A DNA stretch of 63,778 nucleotides, the filler included, from Stramenopiles sp. TOSAG23-3 (Eukaryota): assembly GCA_900128585.1 (NCBI GenBank). It is 6 parts of 6 records of this genome, joined end to end, with 100 filler letters (N's around TTAATTAATTAA, not from the genome) between each part and the next. Parts side by side here need not be neighbours in the genome. Positions count along the whole stretch, not along the records: positions 1 to 27,460 come from LT642260.1; positions 27,561 to 54,995 come from LT642261.1; 4 more parts are not named here. One strand, given 5' to 3'. Below the pieces are notes generated by a model. It worked only from the letters and a program-made list of their open reading frames with translations, was not told where the DNA came from and made no database searches. Numbering within the stretch: the stretch's first letter is position 1; each line of letters begins with the position of its first letter. Positions 18,700-28,736 of this stretch are shown one piece after another. The position numbers and the translations under genes are program-made.

Positions 18700-21222
18700 A
18701 TGGGTGCCACGGGTCGTTCGTTGTGGTCGTTCGCGACTTGTTTGGCAGTTTGGCTGCTTTCGAGTAGCAGTGTCTGCGGATCGGCTGTTCCACTGCCGAC
18801 GCACACGAACAGGGACGATCGCCGGGCGTCCAAATTTTTCCATTCTGTAGAGAAGAAGACCGAGGGGCCGGATGATCAAGTTATTAGGAAGGATGAGTTG
18901 AAGGACTTGTTGGAGAATAGCCTAGGAAGTGAGCACTTCGACGACGCTTCAGAAGTTGCTGACGGGGTCGACGAAGCTTTTAGTAAAATTGACGTCGGTG
19001 GCGACGGGAGTATTAGCTTGTCAGAAATGACCTCGTTTTGGTCTCGGTTAGACTCACTGCAGTCCGTCAACGACGTGGCAGACTGGGTGCGATACGCCGT
19101 ACAACTCCCGCAGTACGAAGAAACCTTTCGAAAGAATGCTATTACGGGGTATGACCTGCCGACGCTCTTGGAAGGGAAAGGGAGGCTTTTGAAGGACGAG
19201 CTGGGGATTCAAAATAACTTGCACAGGAGAATCATCACTCGTAGCATAAACACCAGGCTGTTGGGGATAGGTAAACTGCCGTCGCGTCGTCACAGACTTA
19301 TTTGCACTGTACTTCCAAATTGTGAAGGTATAGAGCTAAACTGGGACATGTATTGGTCGGATGAAAGTGTGCCCACGGGTCAGACGGAGTTCATTCCGAT
19401 TCATCTATACCGCGTCAAACGCCGCAGGGTGCACCCTGGGGCACCAAAGCGGTCATCCTGGTCGGACGACGCAATCGTTCACAGTTTTCCATTTTTGCAC
19501 AGCGCTTTTTCTGACAAAGACAAAGACGCATTTTTTTCATACAAAGTCCAAGCGTGGAACCTCTTTGGGCCCAGCAACTGGTCCGACGAGGCCCTGTGCG
19601 ACCCACTCCCAGCGTCCTGCGAAGCGCTGTTTGTCGACGCCACGGTTTTGGCTAGCCGAGAGAATGGTAATTCCTTGGGGGGCCGGACACGCAGACCTTT
19701 TCCTTTGCAGTTGATGAAGATACCTCAAGAAGCCAATCGACGAACCACAAAGTTTTTCAAAACGTTTGAAGCAGGAACCGACGGTGAAAACAACATGCTA
19801 ATCGATAACAAAGAAATGGAGGAATGGATTCGGGAGAATATCAAAAATTCTGACAGGTTCGACGAAGATGCTGAGATCGAGAGCGCCGTGAAGCGGGCTA
19901 TCTCCAATCTCGATGCAGGCGGAGACGGATTTATATCTCCCTCTGAAATGACTCACTTCTGGGGAAGTTTGAAAGATCTGCGAACCGTAGACCATGTTGT
20001 GGCTTGGTTTCGACACGCCTTACAACTTCCACACTATGAGAAAATGTTACGCGAGAAATCTATAACTGGGTACATGCTGACGAGACTGTTTGTCTCTCCG
20101 CAGACGATGAAAGAAAAAATAGGCATCGAGGATGAACTTCACTTGAAAACACTCACCGATATACTAAAAATTAGGCTCATAGGACTTCGGGATATCCCAG
20201 AACCAGTGACATCGTTGCAGTGTGCAACCAATTGCAATCGATACAAGTTTGCATGGCTGGATCCTCAGAGCAGCACAAACGCAGCGACGGCGTTTCAGCC
20301 GCACAAATACCAAGTGCAAAGCCGGTACGATTCTGTTCAAGGGTGGAACGACAACATTGTAGGGGTGGATACGACAGAATTTATTGTTCCAACCCAGGAT
20401 GATGAAAGTTCTAGTGGGCAAATGCAGTTTCGGGTTCGTGCTTGGAGCAGCCTAGGAGCTTCTAGCTGGAGCAAAATTTCCTCGTGCGATTTCCCTCCTG
20501 AATCGTGCACCAAAGCGCGAAAGTCCTCGTGGGCAAACTTACAGGACGAAAAAGACGAACTGTTGTGGCGGCTAGTGGGGGCAATAATGCCCGGTATTGG
20601 AGATTGGCACCCAGTAGCCCGCTATTCGTTTTATTTTGGTGTTGTTTTCTCAGCGTGGTATCTTATGCTTTACTCGTTGCGAGCTTTCGTTATGTATTAC
20701 AAGAGCAAGCATCTTGATGATGATGTCGACGACGTACAGGATGATTACTTTTTGGGAACAAAAGATGTCGGAATCCGCACCAGAAGAACGTCTTCGTCTG
20801 CTGTAGAGGAGCCCGAGGATCACATCGGTCGCGAAGGCGGTGATGAAAGCGCTACGAGTGAAAGTGTAAAGAAGCAAAAGCAATGCTTCTACGCAAGCTG
20901 TGCGACTCGCGGTAAAAAGAAAACCCAATGGAAGCGATTTTCGCAAAAATTGGGGCTACGGCCCAGGGTTATCCACAATTGCACCAGGTGCTTTGAGGTG
21001 AGTTTCTGTAAGGACCATGGGTATGTTAGCCATAAACGGGGTACCTGCTCATTGGAGTATGGCAGGAACACTTGCCTATGCAACAGTTGCATTGATTTTC
21101 TAATACAAAACGAAGGGGAGACTTGTATTCATAAACACGTAAGAAATTTGACACGAGAACGGGATAGAAAAATTGCAGAAGATGCCTGGTATAGCAGAGG
21201 TGAAGGAGTCGATGCCGATTGA
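18700..21222 (+). CDS. STIM-like type I membrane protein: signal peptide, 2x(EF-hand pair-SAM-FN3), TM, cytosolic Cys/His-rich FYVE-like finger
   Basis: EF loops DVGGDGSISLSE and DAGGDGFISPSE. SAM regions SVNDVADWVRYAVQLPQYEETFRK and TVDHVVAWFRHALQLPHYEKMLR. FN3 C-terminal signatures YKVQAWNLFGPSNWS and FRVRAWSSLGASSWS. TM near aa 645-668. CxxC..FC..H..CxCxxC tail. Confidence 0.75.
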   Translation: MGATGRSLWSFATCLAVWLLSSSSVCGSAVPLPTHTNRDDRRASKFFHSVEKKTEGPDDQVIRKDELKDLLENSLGSEHFDDASEVADGVDEAFSKIDVGGDGSISLSEMTSFWSRLDSLQSVNDVADWVRYAVQLPQYEETFRKNAITGYDLPTLLEGKGRLLKDELGIQNNLHRRIITRSINTRLLGIGKLPSRRHRLICTVLPNCEGIELNWDMYWSDESVPTGQTEFIPIHLYRVKRRRVHPGAPKRSSWSDDAIVHSFPFLHSAFSDKDKDAFFSYKVQAWNLFGPSNWSDEALCDPLPASCEALFVDATVLASRENGNSLGGRTRRPFPLQLMKIPQEANRRTTKFFKTFEAGTDGENNMLIDNKEMEEWIRENIKNSDRFDEDAEIESAVKRAISNLDAGGDGFISPSEMTHFWGSLKDLRTVDHVVAWFRHALQLPHYEKMLREKSITGYMLTRLFVSPQTMKEKIGIEDELHLKTLTDILKIRLIGLRDIPEPVTSLQCATNCNRYKFAWLDPQSSTNAATAFQPHKYQVQSRYDSVQGWNDNIVGVDTTEFIVPTQDDESSSGQMQFRVRAWSSLGASSWSKISSCDFPPESCTKARKSSWANLQDEKDELLWRLVGAIMPGIGDWHPVARYSFYFGVVFSAWYLMLYSLRAFVMYYKSKHLDDDVDDVQDDYFLGTKDVGIRTRRTSSSAVEEPEDHIGREGGDESATSESVKKQKQCFYASCATRGKKKTQWKRFSQKLGLRPRVIHNCTRCFEVSFCKDHGYVSHKRGTCSLEYGRNTCLCNSCIDFLIQNEGETCIHKHVRNLTRERDRKIAEDAWYSRGEGVDAD

Positions 21223-21779
21223 TGATAGAAAGGACGGGCGTATTCGGAACCATCAACGATCCGAATGGGTGCCAGCCACCTCACCCAACTGCTCTGTGAT
21301 TTTTCTTGTTGTTTTCTGTAGATAGAATACGACGACATTTTTATACTCTTATTCTATAAGTGTTTTTTGTATTGAACTACTATTTATAAATAGATAAATT
21401 TAATATCAACATAGCATTATTATTATAACTGAATCAACAATAGAATGATCATCAATATTTCTTTTTATATTTTTTCGGCGTGGATGGATGGGTGGAGGCG
21501 AGGGGAGAAAGAAGACAAGAAGAAAAAAGAAAAAAACAGGTTGGTTCCAATCGCTTAAATCGTATTGTTTGTTACATTGCGATGTGTATGTACAAATCCA
21601 ATCATTATCATTGCAACATGGTAACGTCACCCATTCATTCTCACACATGTTCGGATATTTTTCATTGTAACGGCATTGCAAACGTTTTAACTGTGAATTG
21701 AGTTTCAACAACTTTTTTATTGGTATACCAAGCGTGCGTACAGTAGCAAGTGTCCAAACCTCAATATTTTGTGGTCAGG

Positions 21780-22589
21780 ATGGTCCGCCTTTCAGTAGAA
21801 CAGGTAAAAGAAGCGGCAGGGTTTACAAACCCTCTTAAGGAAAGGGAACTTGACCTACGGTCTTCCAGAATTGACAAACTGGAAAATTTAGGGCTAACGT
21901 TGAACCAGTACGACACACTTGATTTAACTGATAATTTTTTGCGTTCCCTGTCGAACTTTCCTATGCTTCCAAGGCTAAAGTGCATTCTCGCTCACAATAA
22001 CTCGATTGCTAGCGTTGACGTGGACAACGTTAAAGTGTCCCTGCCTAGCCTAGCGTCGCTTATGCTCACCAACAACAACATATCTAGTTTGGACGAAGTG
22101 AGGAGGCTGCAGAAAATAAAATCCCTGCGCCATTTGTCGTTGCACGGAAACCCAGTCACTGCCTCTGCGAATTACCGGAAGGAGACAATAAAAGCCTTGC
22201 CTTTCTTGCGGACGCTCGACCACTGTAAGGTTACGCGGGAGGAGCGGGAAAGTGTTGGGCAGCCTGGGCTTCTGAACAACTACACCGGATCTGTGGACAC
22301 CACCGGGGAATCCAGTAGCAAACATAATAATGAAGCAGAAGCGCCAGCTGAAATAGAAAATGAAGATAGCAACGCAAAAAAAGTAGACCCCAAGTTACTA
22401 CAGCAGGCGTTTGAAAAAGCAATCACGCCCGAGGCTTTGGCTGCTTTAGAGGAGGCGTTGCGAAACAAGAAGTTTGATGCAGCATATTTGGCTGGCATGG
22501 AGAGCCCAACGCATTGTGGGAAACGGAAAGACACAGGGGCACCAGGAAGCGACGCTCCACCACCCAAGAGGGCAAGGAGGGGGAAATAA
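21780..22589 (+). CDS. SNRPA1: U2 snRNP protein A' (LRR)
   Basis: MVRLSVEQV..FTNPLKERELDLR..IDKLENLGLTLNQYDTLDLTDN, LRRs and LRRcap (NPV..ANYR..LRTLD). Confidence 0.93.
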   Translation: MVRLSVEQVKEAAGFTNPLKERELDLRSSRIDKLENLGLTLNQYDTLDLTDNFLRSLSNFPMLPRLKCILAHNNSIASVDVDNVKVSLPSLASLMLTNNNISSLDEVRRLQKIKSLRHLSLHGNPVTASANYRKETIKALPFLRTLDHCKVTREERESVGQPGLLNNYTGSVDTTGESSSKHNNEAEAPAEIENEDSNAKKVDPKLLQQAFEKAITPEALAALEEALRNKKFDAAYLAGMESPTHCGKRKDTGAPGSDAPPPKRARRGK

Positions 22590-22859
22590 AGGCGCCACGA
22601 CCTGGGATGAACGGCAGTACCGACCCTTACAATCTCGCCCGCTCGGTATTTTCATAGGGAAACGGAAATGGGTCAAGATGAGCTGGGAGGGGGGGTAAAA
22701 GTACTACGAACGTGTAAGATAAAACTGTAAACACATTTTATCTGTGCCGGAAATGCTCTTACATGCGTTACTAAAAGTGCACCCTTTTCTTTCCCCTAAA
22801 ACTAGTTATATGCATAAATACGGGTCTAACCTTAAATGCGCACCAACACCCGGGCACAA

Positions 22860-25163
22860 TTAATACATGCTCTTTCCCTCTCCGGAACGGGCCTCAGACT
22901 CCCTTTCCTCCGCCTTCTTGGCCATTATTTTCTCTTCATCGATCTCTACTTCGTCAAAATACTGCTTGAAGCGAGGCTCTTTCTCACTGCGGTTGTGGGC
23001 AGTTAAAAATTTCTTGCGGTAGAATAATACAGTGTCTACGTGCGTTTTATTGTTGATAGCCAGTTCCAGGGCCCTGGACCACCTGAAAAGGCGAATGTTC
23101 ATTTTTATGGCACGGTAAATGAGTGGTGGGTTTGCTTGCAGCAAAATCCTCTCCGCTTCCTCCGGCCTGCGTTGGTACAGGGCCAGCTCCGCGTTGCGCC
23201 CCTCTGCCGAGGGAATGTCCTTGATGTAAAGAATGTAGTGTAATTTGTCAATTTCTTTCATGGCAGCTAAGGCGATTTCTGCAGTGTCTAAATGTAGACT
23301 ACCGATCGCCATGCCGGCCAGAGTGGCCCACAAGGCATCACTTCGAACGAACCGACACAATCGGACGGCCTCTTCCCACTCGCCTTTCTTCACGAACTTA
23401 TTCAATTCAATTGGGTACGGCAATACGCTTGCCGTCATCAGGGCGCCGTCTGCCCTTCGAACCTTCAAGTGTGACCCGAAAAACGAGACGATGGTCGCCT
23501 GTTTCCCGAACAAGACACCCTCTTGCTCATCCTTAGACCGACTCAAAAGGGTTTGGTCGACTTCCACAACGTGTGGGTTGTACCATGTCGTAAGCTTTCC
23601 ATCGGCGATTGCAACCAGCAGGTCGGACTCGTCGTTCCACGCTATCGTATCGACCATTGTTGCTAATTTAAATGGTATTTTCACAGTGTCCCCGATGTCC
23701 GTCATGTACAAGTCCCTATTTTTATCGATAAACGCTAGCAAAGGCTTGTTTTTACCGGTTGCCGATTTCGACACGGCGATCTCGGCGATTTCCAGGGCGT
23801 GCTTCGTCGTGGAAAGGACTTCCCCGTTGCTGGAGGTAGCGGAGAAGCATCGAATACTACGGGAGTCGGAAAGGTCCAGGATACCAACGACTTCGTCGGT
23901 GACGCTGAGGACTTTGGGGTTCAAAAACTCTGTCCTTAGCCCGGGGAAGCTCACGTTGCACACAAGCCGCCCTTCGTAAGAATACAGTTTTACGCCCGTG
24001 TGAATGTTGTCCACGAGGGCAAAGTGGGAATGTGACAAGACAATCAGTTTCACCGGGTTCCTCAGGTCGATTTGGGTCAATGGGGTGCTCCAATTCGACG
24101 TCGCGTATACCGTGCACTGCGACGCAGTGGCTGCTACGAGGTAGTCGTAGCCCAGGGCCCACTGGATGATCCTGTCCCTCAGCTCTACGGTGTCCGCCTG
24201 CTCGTTGGCAATGTCGAGCACGCGGATGGCGTCGCTCTCCGTTTGAATGGCCGAAAACCTAGGGTCCTCGCACGCACGCTCTACTACTTGGGCGAACACT
24301 ACGGCACCGTTTCCCCCGGCGCAGGCGAGCTGCGTCCCGTCGGCAGTCCACGCTTGCTGCATGATGGAGCCGCTTTCAGGTCGTTCCCGGCAGTAAGACC
24401 ACCCAGTCTTGTCACAGAGTCGCAAAAAGTTGTACGCGCCCGCGCAGAAGAACTCCCCGCTGGGGCACCACGCGACGCTGGTGATGACGTAATCGAAGGG
24501 TCGGCTTTGGAACAGCTGGCGCCCGTACGTATCCCACACCTTGTACCGGCGATCTTCCCCGCCCGTGACGACCAAGTTCGTCACCGGATTCCAGTCTGCC
24601 TTCATCACCGCCCCATCGTGGGCTTTCCACTTCACTTGCTTCATTTCCACGTTGATCGACTTGATGATGCAGTTCGGGCCGCTCCCGTAGAGAAGCTGGT
24701 TGCTATCCGGGCCCCACGCCAACGTGTAGACCGCGGCTGGTTCGCCCGAGAAATTGTTCCTCAGCATCCCCGACCTCGACCAAAGCTTCACCTTGCCGTC
24801 TTCCCCACCCGTCGCAAGGGAGTTACCGTCAAAGCTCCACTTCAAGCATATCACCGCGCCTCCTGCCACTTCTTTAATCTTCTTTTGCTCCGTTCCCGTC
24901 TTCGATATCATTCGGACGGAACCGTCCGTGCACGCTACTGCAAAAAAATCGGACGTCTGCTGCCCACTGCTGGGAAACCAACTCATGTCCGTGACGTAGG
25001 CGTCCAGGTCGCACACTTTGCCAAGCGTGTCGCCTTGAAGGTTCCACTTCATAATCGATTTGTCGTCGCTGCAAGTGTAAAGCTCGTTGCTTGGAGTCCA
25101 ACAAACCGCCGTGACCATGTCCTTGTGGACGTTCACGGGAAGCTGCGAGACCTTGAACTTCAT
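22860..25163 (-). CDS. IFT80: Intraflagellar transport protein 80 (WD40)
   Basis: N-terminal WD40s (GGEDGKVKLWSRSGMLR; WKAHDG..WNPVTNLVVTGGEDRRYKVWD) and C-terminal W.RALELA...KTHVDTVL.YR. ATG at 25163. Confidence 0.95.
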   Translation of the reverse strand: MKFKVSQLPVNVHKDMVTAVCWTPSNELYTCSDDKSIMKWNLQGDTLGKVCDLDAYVTDMSWFPSSGQQTSDFFAVACTDGSVRMISKTGTEQKKIKEVAGGAVICLKWSFDGNSLATGGEDGKVKLWSRSGMLRNNFSGEPAAVYTLAWGPDSNQLLYGSGPNCIIKSINVEMKQVKWKAHDGAVMKADWNPVTNLVVTGGEDRRYKVWDTYGRQLFQSRPFDYVITSVAWCPSGEFFCAGAYNFLRLCDKTGWSYCRERPESGSIMQQAWTADGTQLACAGGNGAVVFAQVVERACEDPRFSAIQTESDAIRVLDIANEQADTVELRDRIIQWALGYDYLVAATASQCTVYATSNWSTPLTQIDLRNPVKLIVLSHSHFALVDNIHTGVKLYSYEGRLVCNVSFPGLRTEFLNPKVLSVTDEVVGILDLSDSRSIRCFSATSSNGEVLSTTKHALEIAEIAVSKSATGKNKPLLAFIDKNRDLYMTDIGDTVKIPFKLATMVDTIAWNDESDLLVAIADGKLTTWYNPHVVEVDQTLLSRSKDEQEGVLFGKQATIVSFFGSHLKVRRADGALMTASVLPYPIELNKFVKKGEWEEAVRLCRFVRSDALWATLAGMAIGSLHLDTAEIALAAMKEIDKLHYILYIKDIPSAEGRNAELALYQRRPEEAERILLQANPPLIYRAIKMNIRLFRWSRALELAINNKTHVDTVLFYRKKFLTAHNRSEKEPRFKQYFDEVEIDEEKIMAKKAEERESEARSGEGKSMY

Positions 25164-26421
25164 GTTCGTATATTCGTGTACCGCAGAACAATATATTACC
25201 AACGAGTGCTAAACACACAAAATTTACGTTTATAAATTCTTCGTTTCGATTCTTATCTTCTCCGTTCCGATACCACTCCGTATCTTTTAAAAAGACATTT
25301 CAATCCGAATCCACGAACGCTTTCAATACTCACTCAATTCTTCCCATACTTATAGTATTCCAATGAGAATTCACAAAAATAAAAGAAGTATCTTCTTCTT
25401 CTTTTTCTTTTCTTTTCTTCCTTCTCTACTATTCTTATGTATGTAGTCTATGTGTTAGTTACTCTTGTAATAAATAATAATAAAAAATAATATTTTTTAT
25501 TTATCAACGACGATTCTAAATTACCATTTTCGATGGTTCATAAATTAAGGAAAGTAAAATACATTTATTACGATACATTATATTGTTTATTTATCAATAA
25601 TTATCATATGGTATATAACACCTTAATATTGTAGACTAAAAAAATTTGAAATTAAAGTTTGGTTTGGGTTGTTGTAGTGAACGTATTGCTAATAAATTAA
25701 TACTGTATTATTTATATATTATTACACTATATAATTGATGTTGTGATATTGGCTAGATGCTATAGTATTGAATTAATTGCCTTGATGCTTTTTCCAAGTT
25801 AATTTAATATCAACATAGCATCAAAAATTTGAATTCTTTTGGTCTTCTGGGCTGAGCTGAGATGAGATGAGATGAGAGAGAGCCTGGAAACTGGGATCTG
25901 GGATGGGATGATTGAGGTACGTAGTTGTAATGTATATAATATACAAATATATACCTATTTAAATTCAATGTGCTGTATAGATGTTATTTATAGTGTTGAT
26001 TTGATTGATGAGAGATGATAAATGATAAACAATTGTTGAATTTGTGTGAAGAGATAATGATGATGGGTACTCTGGTGCTCTGACTTGTATTCCTAGATAC
26101 CGTAGCATTAATAGTCTAATATTCACACAAGCATAAGTAGTATAGAAAGTATTATATAAGTATACTATTATTGGACATTATTATTATATTTTATTATTAT
26201 AATTGTGTTCTTCTAATAAAAATGGAAAAAATAATTTTAATTAATAAAATCCCAAAAAAAAATAAAAAAATGATGATGATGGTTTTATTAATTTTGGTGA
26301 TGAAGAAAGGTAAAACCTACACATTGTGTTTTTCATAAGAGGTATTATTATATATATATATATACAGTCGGTCGAAGCAAAATAGCATCACACCCTATAT
26401 GCTCATAGACGATATTGAATT

Positions 26422-27271
26422 CTAACCCACGGCCGTTCCAATGTCAGCCGTCAAATTTGAGCTGTTCACATCTTTTTGTGCACCCCCGGATTTGTCCAGT
26501 ACGTGGCGAAAAATGTCCTTGTGCCCATACCATTTCGCGAGCCCCGTCGCCGTATAGCCTATGGCGTTTTCAATCAGCGGGTTTATCCCTTCTATTGACA
26601 ATAAAAATGTAACCACTTCCCCGTACCCATGTTCGCAAGCGTGCAACAGACAAGAATACCCCGAGTCGTCAGGGTCGTTGACTTTGTTTGCGTGGTTGGA
26701 AAATAAGACGCGGACTGCCTCGACCTGACCGCCGATGGCAGCCCAGTGGGCAGCCGTCCGTCCACACAAATCTGTTTTCGCCGGGTCAGCACCATGTTTC
26801 AATAGGCACTCAATTGTCTGCGAAGGGCCGATCGAGAAGGCAAAAAAAAATTCAGGGTTAGCGTTATTCTTTCTGCCATGAAAATGGTCGATTCTTGTAC
26901 TTACTTTCACAAAGCCTCCTTGGCAAGCACGCATCAAAGCGGTGCGTTTGGAATGGTCTTCAGGCACATTCACGTTTGCCTGGTTGTTGACCAATAGTTT
27001 AACGATGTTGTGGTGGCCCCGGGAGGCGGCAAACACTATGGCGGGAACCCCCGAATGGTCTTTGGCGTTTGAAACGGTAGCAGGAGCATCCTTGCTCTGT
27101 AAAAATGCCACCAAAGACTTCTCGTCACCTTGTAAAACCTAAAGAAGCGGAGGGGGAAAGTGGTATTTCAATGTTAGGGTTGGGTACACACAAAGGGTGA
27201 GGGAGGGTTCAGATGTATAGAAAACTTACGGCTTCGAACAGTCCATTTCTCTCCTTGTCGTTAAGCGCCAT
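26422..27271 (-). CDS. Small ankyrin-repeat protein, three exons (27271-27230, 27138-26905, 26817-26422)
   Basis: About five ankyrin repeats. Two phase-0 GTAAG...AG introns (27229-27139, 91 nt; 26904-26818, 87 nt), each with a CTAAC branch point. Splicing gives MALNDKERNGLFEA|VLQGDEK and restores the ankyrin register GGFVK|TIECLL. Confidence 0.85.
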
Positions 27272-27460
27272 GATTGGAGAGTGGTTCGAAAGAGTGGCCC
27301 CAAAAAAATTCCTTCCTTCTTAATCTTCTTTATTCAACTTTTGTCAGAAAACCTCAAAAATTATTTTCAAATTCATTCAATACATACAATCGTTCTATAG
27401 CTATCCATCCCTCGACAAAAAAGACACAAAAAAAGATATATTTTAATAATAATAAATAAT

Positions 27461-27560
27461 NNNNNNNNNNNNNNNNNNNNNNNNNNNNNNNNNNNNNNNN
27501 NNNNTTAATTAATTAANNNNNNNNNNNNNNNNNNNNNNNNNNNNNNNNNNNNNNNNNNNN
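27461..27560. other. Artificial contig-joining linker (N44-TTAATTAATTAA-N44)
   Basis: Exactly 100 nt with a six-frame stop core; repeated five times in the window. Confidence 0.97.
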
Positions 27561-27562
27561 TG

Positions 27563-27829
27563 GACGACGAAGAAGACGAGAGCGTTGGCAGCTGTATGGG
27601 ACACAAACGTTGCGGTGACGAAATGGACGACGAAGCAGTTGGATCAAATACTCAGTATTACCCCCCTAATCATCGATATCACGTGAGACGACGGGAAAAA
27701 AAAGCGAGAAAAGCAGAGTGTGCAACCAAGGGTCCACGATATACTTGGGCTCATGGTGGTTGCCGAGATTGTGAGAAATGGCCAGAAATCGCACAAGAAA
27801 TTGGATGCCCGAGTCAATATTGGGATTGA
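27563..27829 (+). CDS. Possible 3' fragment of an unknown CDS at a contig start
   Basis: Frame open from the contig edge (DDEEDESVG...GCRDCEKW..GCPSQYWD*). No recognisable domain. Confidence 0.3.
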   Translation, partial: DDEEDESVGSCMGHKRCGDEMDDEAVGSNTQYYPPNHRYHVRRREKKARKAECATKGPRYTWAHGGCRDCEKWPEIAQEIGCPSQYWD

Positions 27830-27916
27830 TTAGTAATTTTAATTCTTTTAACAAAATCATCCTCCAAGACCACGATATGTGCGGGAAAATTGTTCATTGT
27901 ATCACGCTGGGGGCCG

Positions 27917-28101
27917 ATGCCACCTGTGACGGAAATTATGTCAAATATGCCACCTGTTAACTGGACGGGATATAACTGGACGGGATATAACTGGACGGAA
28001 ATTATGTCAAATATGCCACGTACTAACTGGACGGGATATAACTGGACGGAAGGACGGAAATTATGTCAAATATCCTGAAAGGCATATAAATTATGTCAAA
28101 T
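27917..28101. repeat. Composite minisatellite
   Basis: Interleaved units: TAACTGGACGG(GATA) x5, (GACGG)AAATTATGTCAAAT x4 and ATGCCAC x3. Confidence 0.85.
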
Positions 28102-28194
28102 GTACCATACGGCAATTAAAGAAAAAAAGTTTAAATAGTTTCAGTGTTGGTTTTGTTCTTTAACTTATTTGTACTTTTTTTTTAATCCTTCCAT

Positions 28195-28284
28195 TGGGTT
28201 CCCCCCCGGGAGTCGATCCCGGGGTGGAGACCGGAAGCAACAAGGTGAAAGACCTTGTCTCGTACTCGCTGCTTACCGGAACCC
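28195..28284 (-). ncRNA. tRNA-like structured element (pseudo-tRNA or SINE head), non-canonical
   Basis: Minus strand: GGGTTCC...GGAACCC-A closing stem, ACAAGG-TCTTTCA-CCTTGT hairpin and CCGGG-ATCGACT-CCCGG T-arm/B-box-like hairpin. The D arm and spacing are not canonical. Confidence 0.35.
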
Positions 28285-28736
28285 AACGCGGCATAAATAA
28301 TTTTGCTTCACAATCCCACGCGAAAACTTAAAATATTGTACTTGTATATAATCTAATAATAATGTCCTATATAAATATGAAGAGATGGAGTTGAAGATTG
28401 AAGAATTAGATGTTGGTTGAGATTTTTTTGTTTTTTGAGATTTGTTGTTGAGATATATATTATTATAGAATATATAAATATTAAAATGTGTTTTTTAATT
28501 ATTCCGTTTTCCATTCTCTGTTGAAGTTGTTACTTGCATCTTATTGTTTCTTGCATTGGCACAGGTAGATAATTCGAAAGAAACATTTTCTTTCTTGTAT
28601 AAGAATATTGTCCCCGAATGGTAAGTGAGTGATTTCGTGGTGTTTTTAACCGTCTGGTATCTGATACTGCGTTTGTTTCAATACGCCCGCCACATCGCCC
28701 GGTTCCCCAGTGGCCGGACGGCGCTTTGTTGAAGTC

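Noticed and set aside
9222-25163. Cilium/centriole cluster (CEP120, kinesin, IFT80) or a Ca2+-signalling cluster
   Set aside because: These genes are interspersed with unrelated ones, and the Ca2+-related genes lie on different contigs. Ordinary gene density explains it.
28195-28284. Selenocysteine tRNA (90 nt, contains TCA)
   Set aside because: TCA is not centred in the loop, the discriminator is A rather than G, and there is no 6-bp D stem or 9/4 fold.
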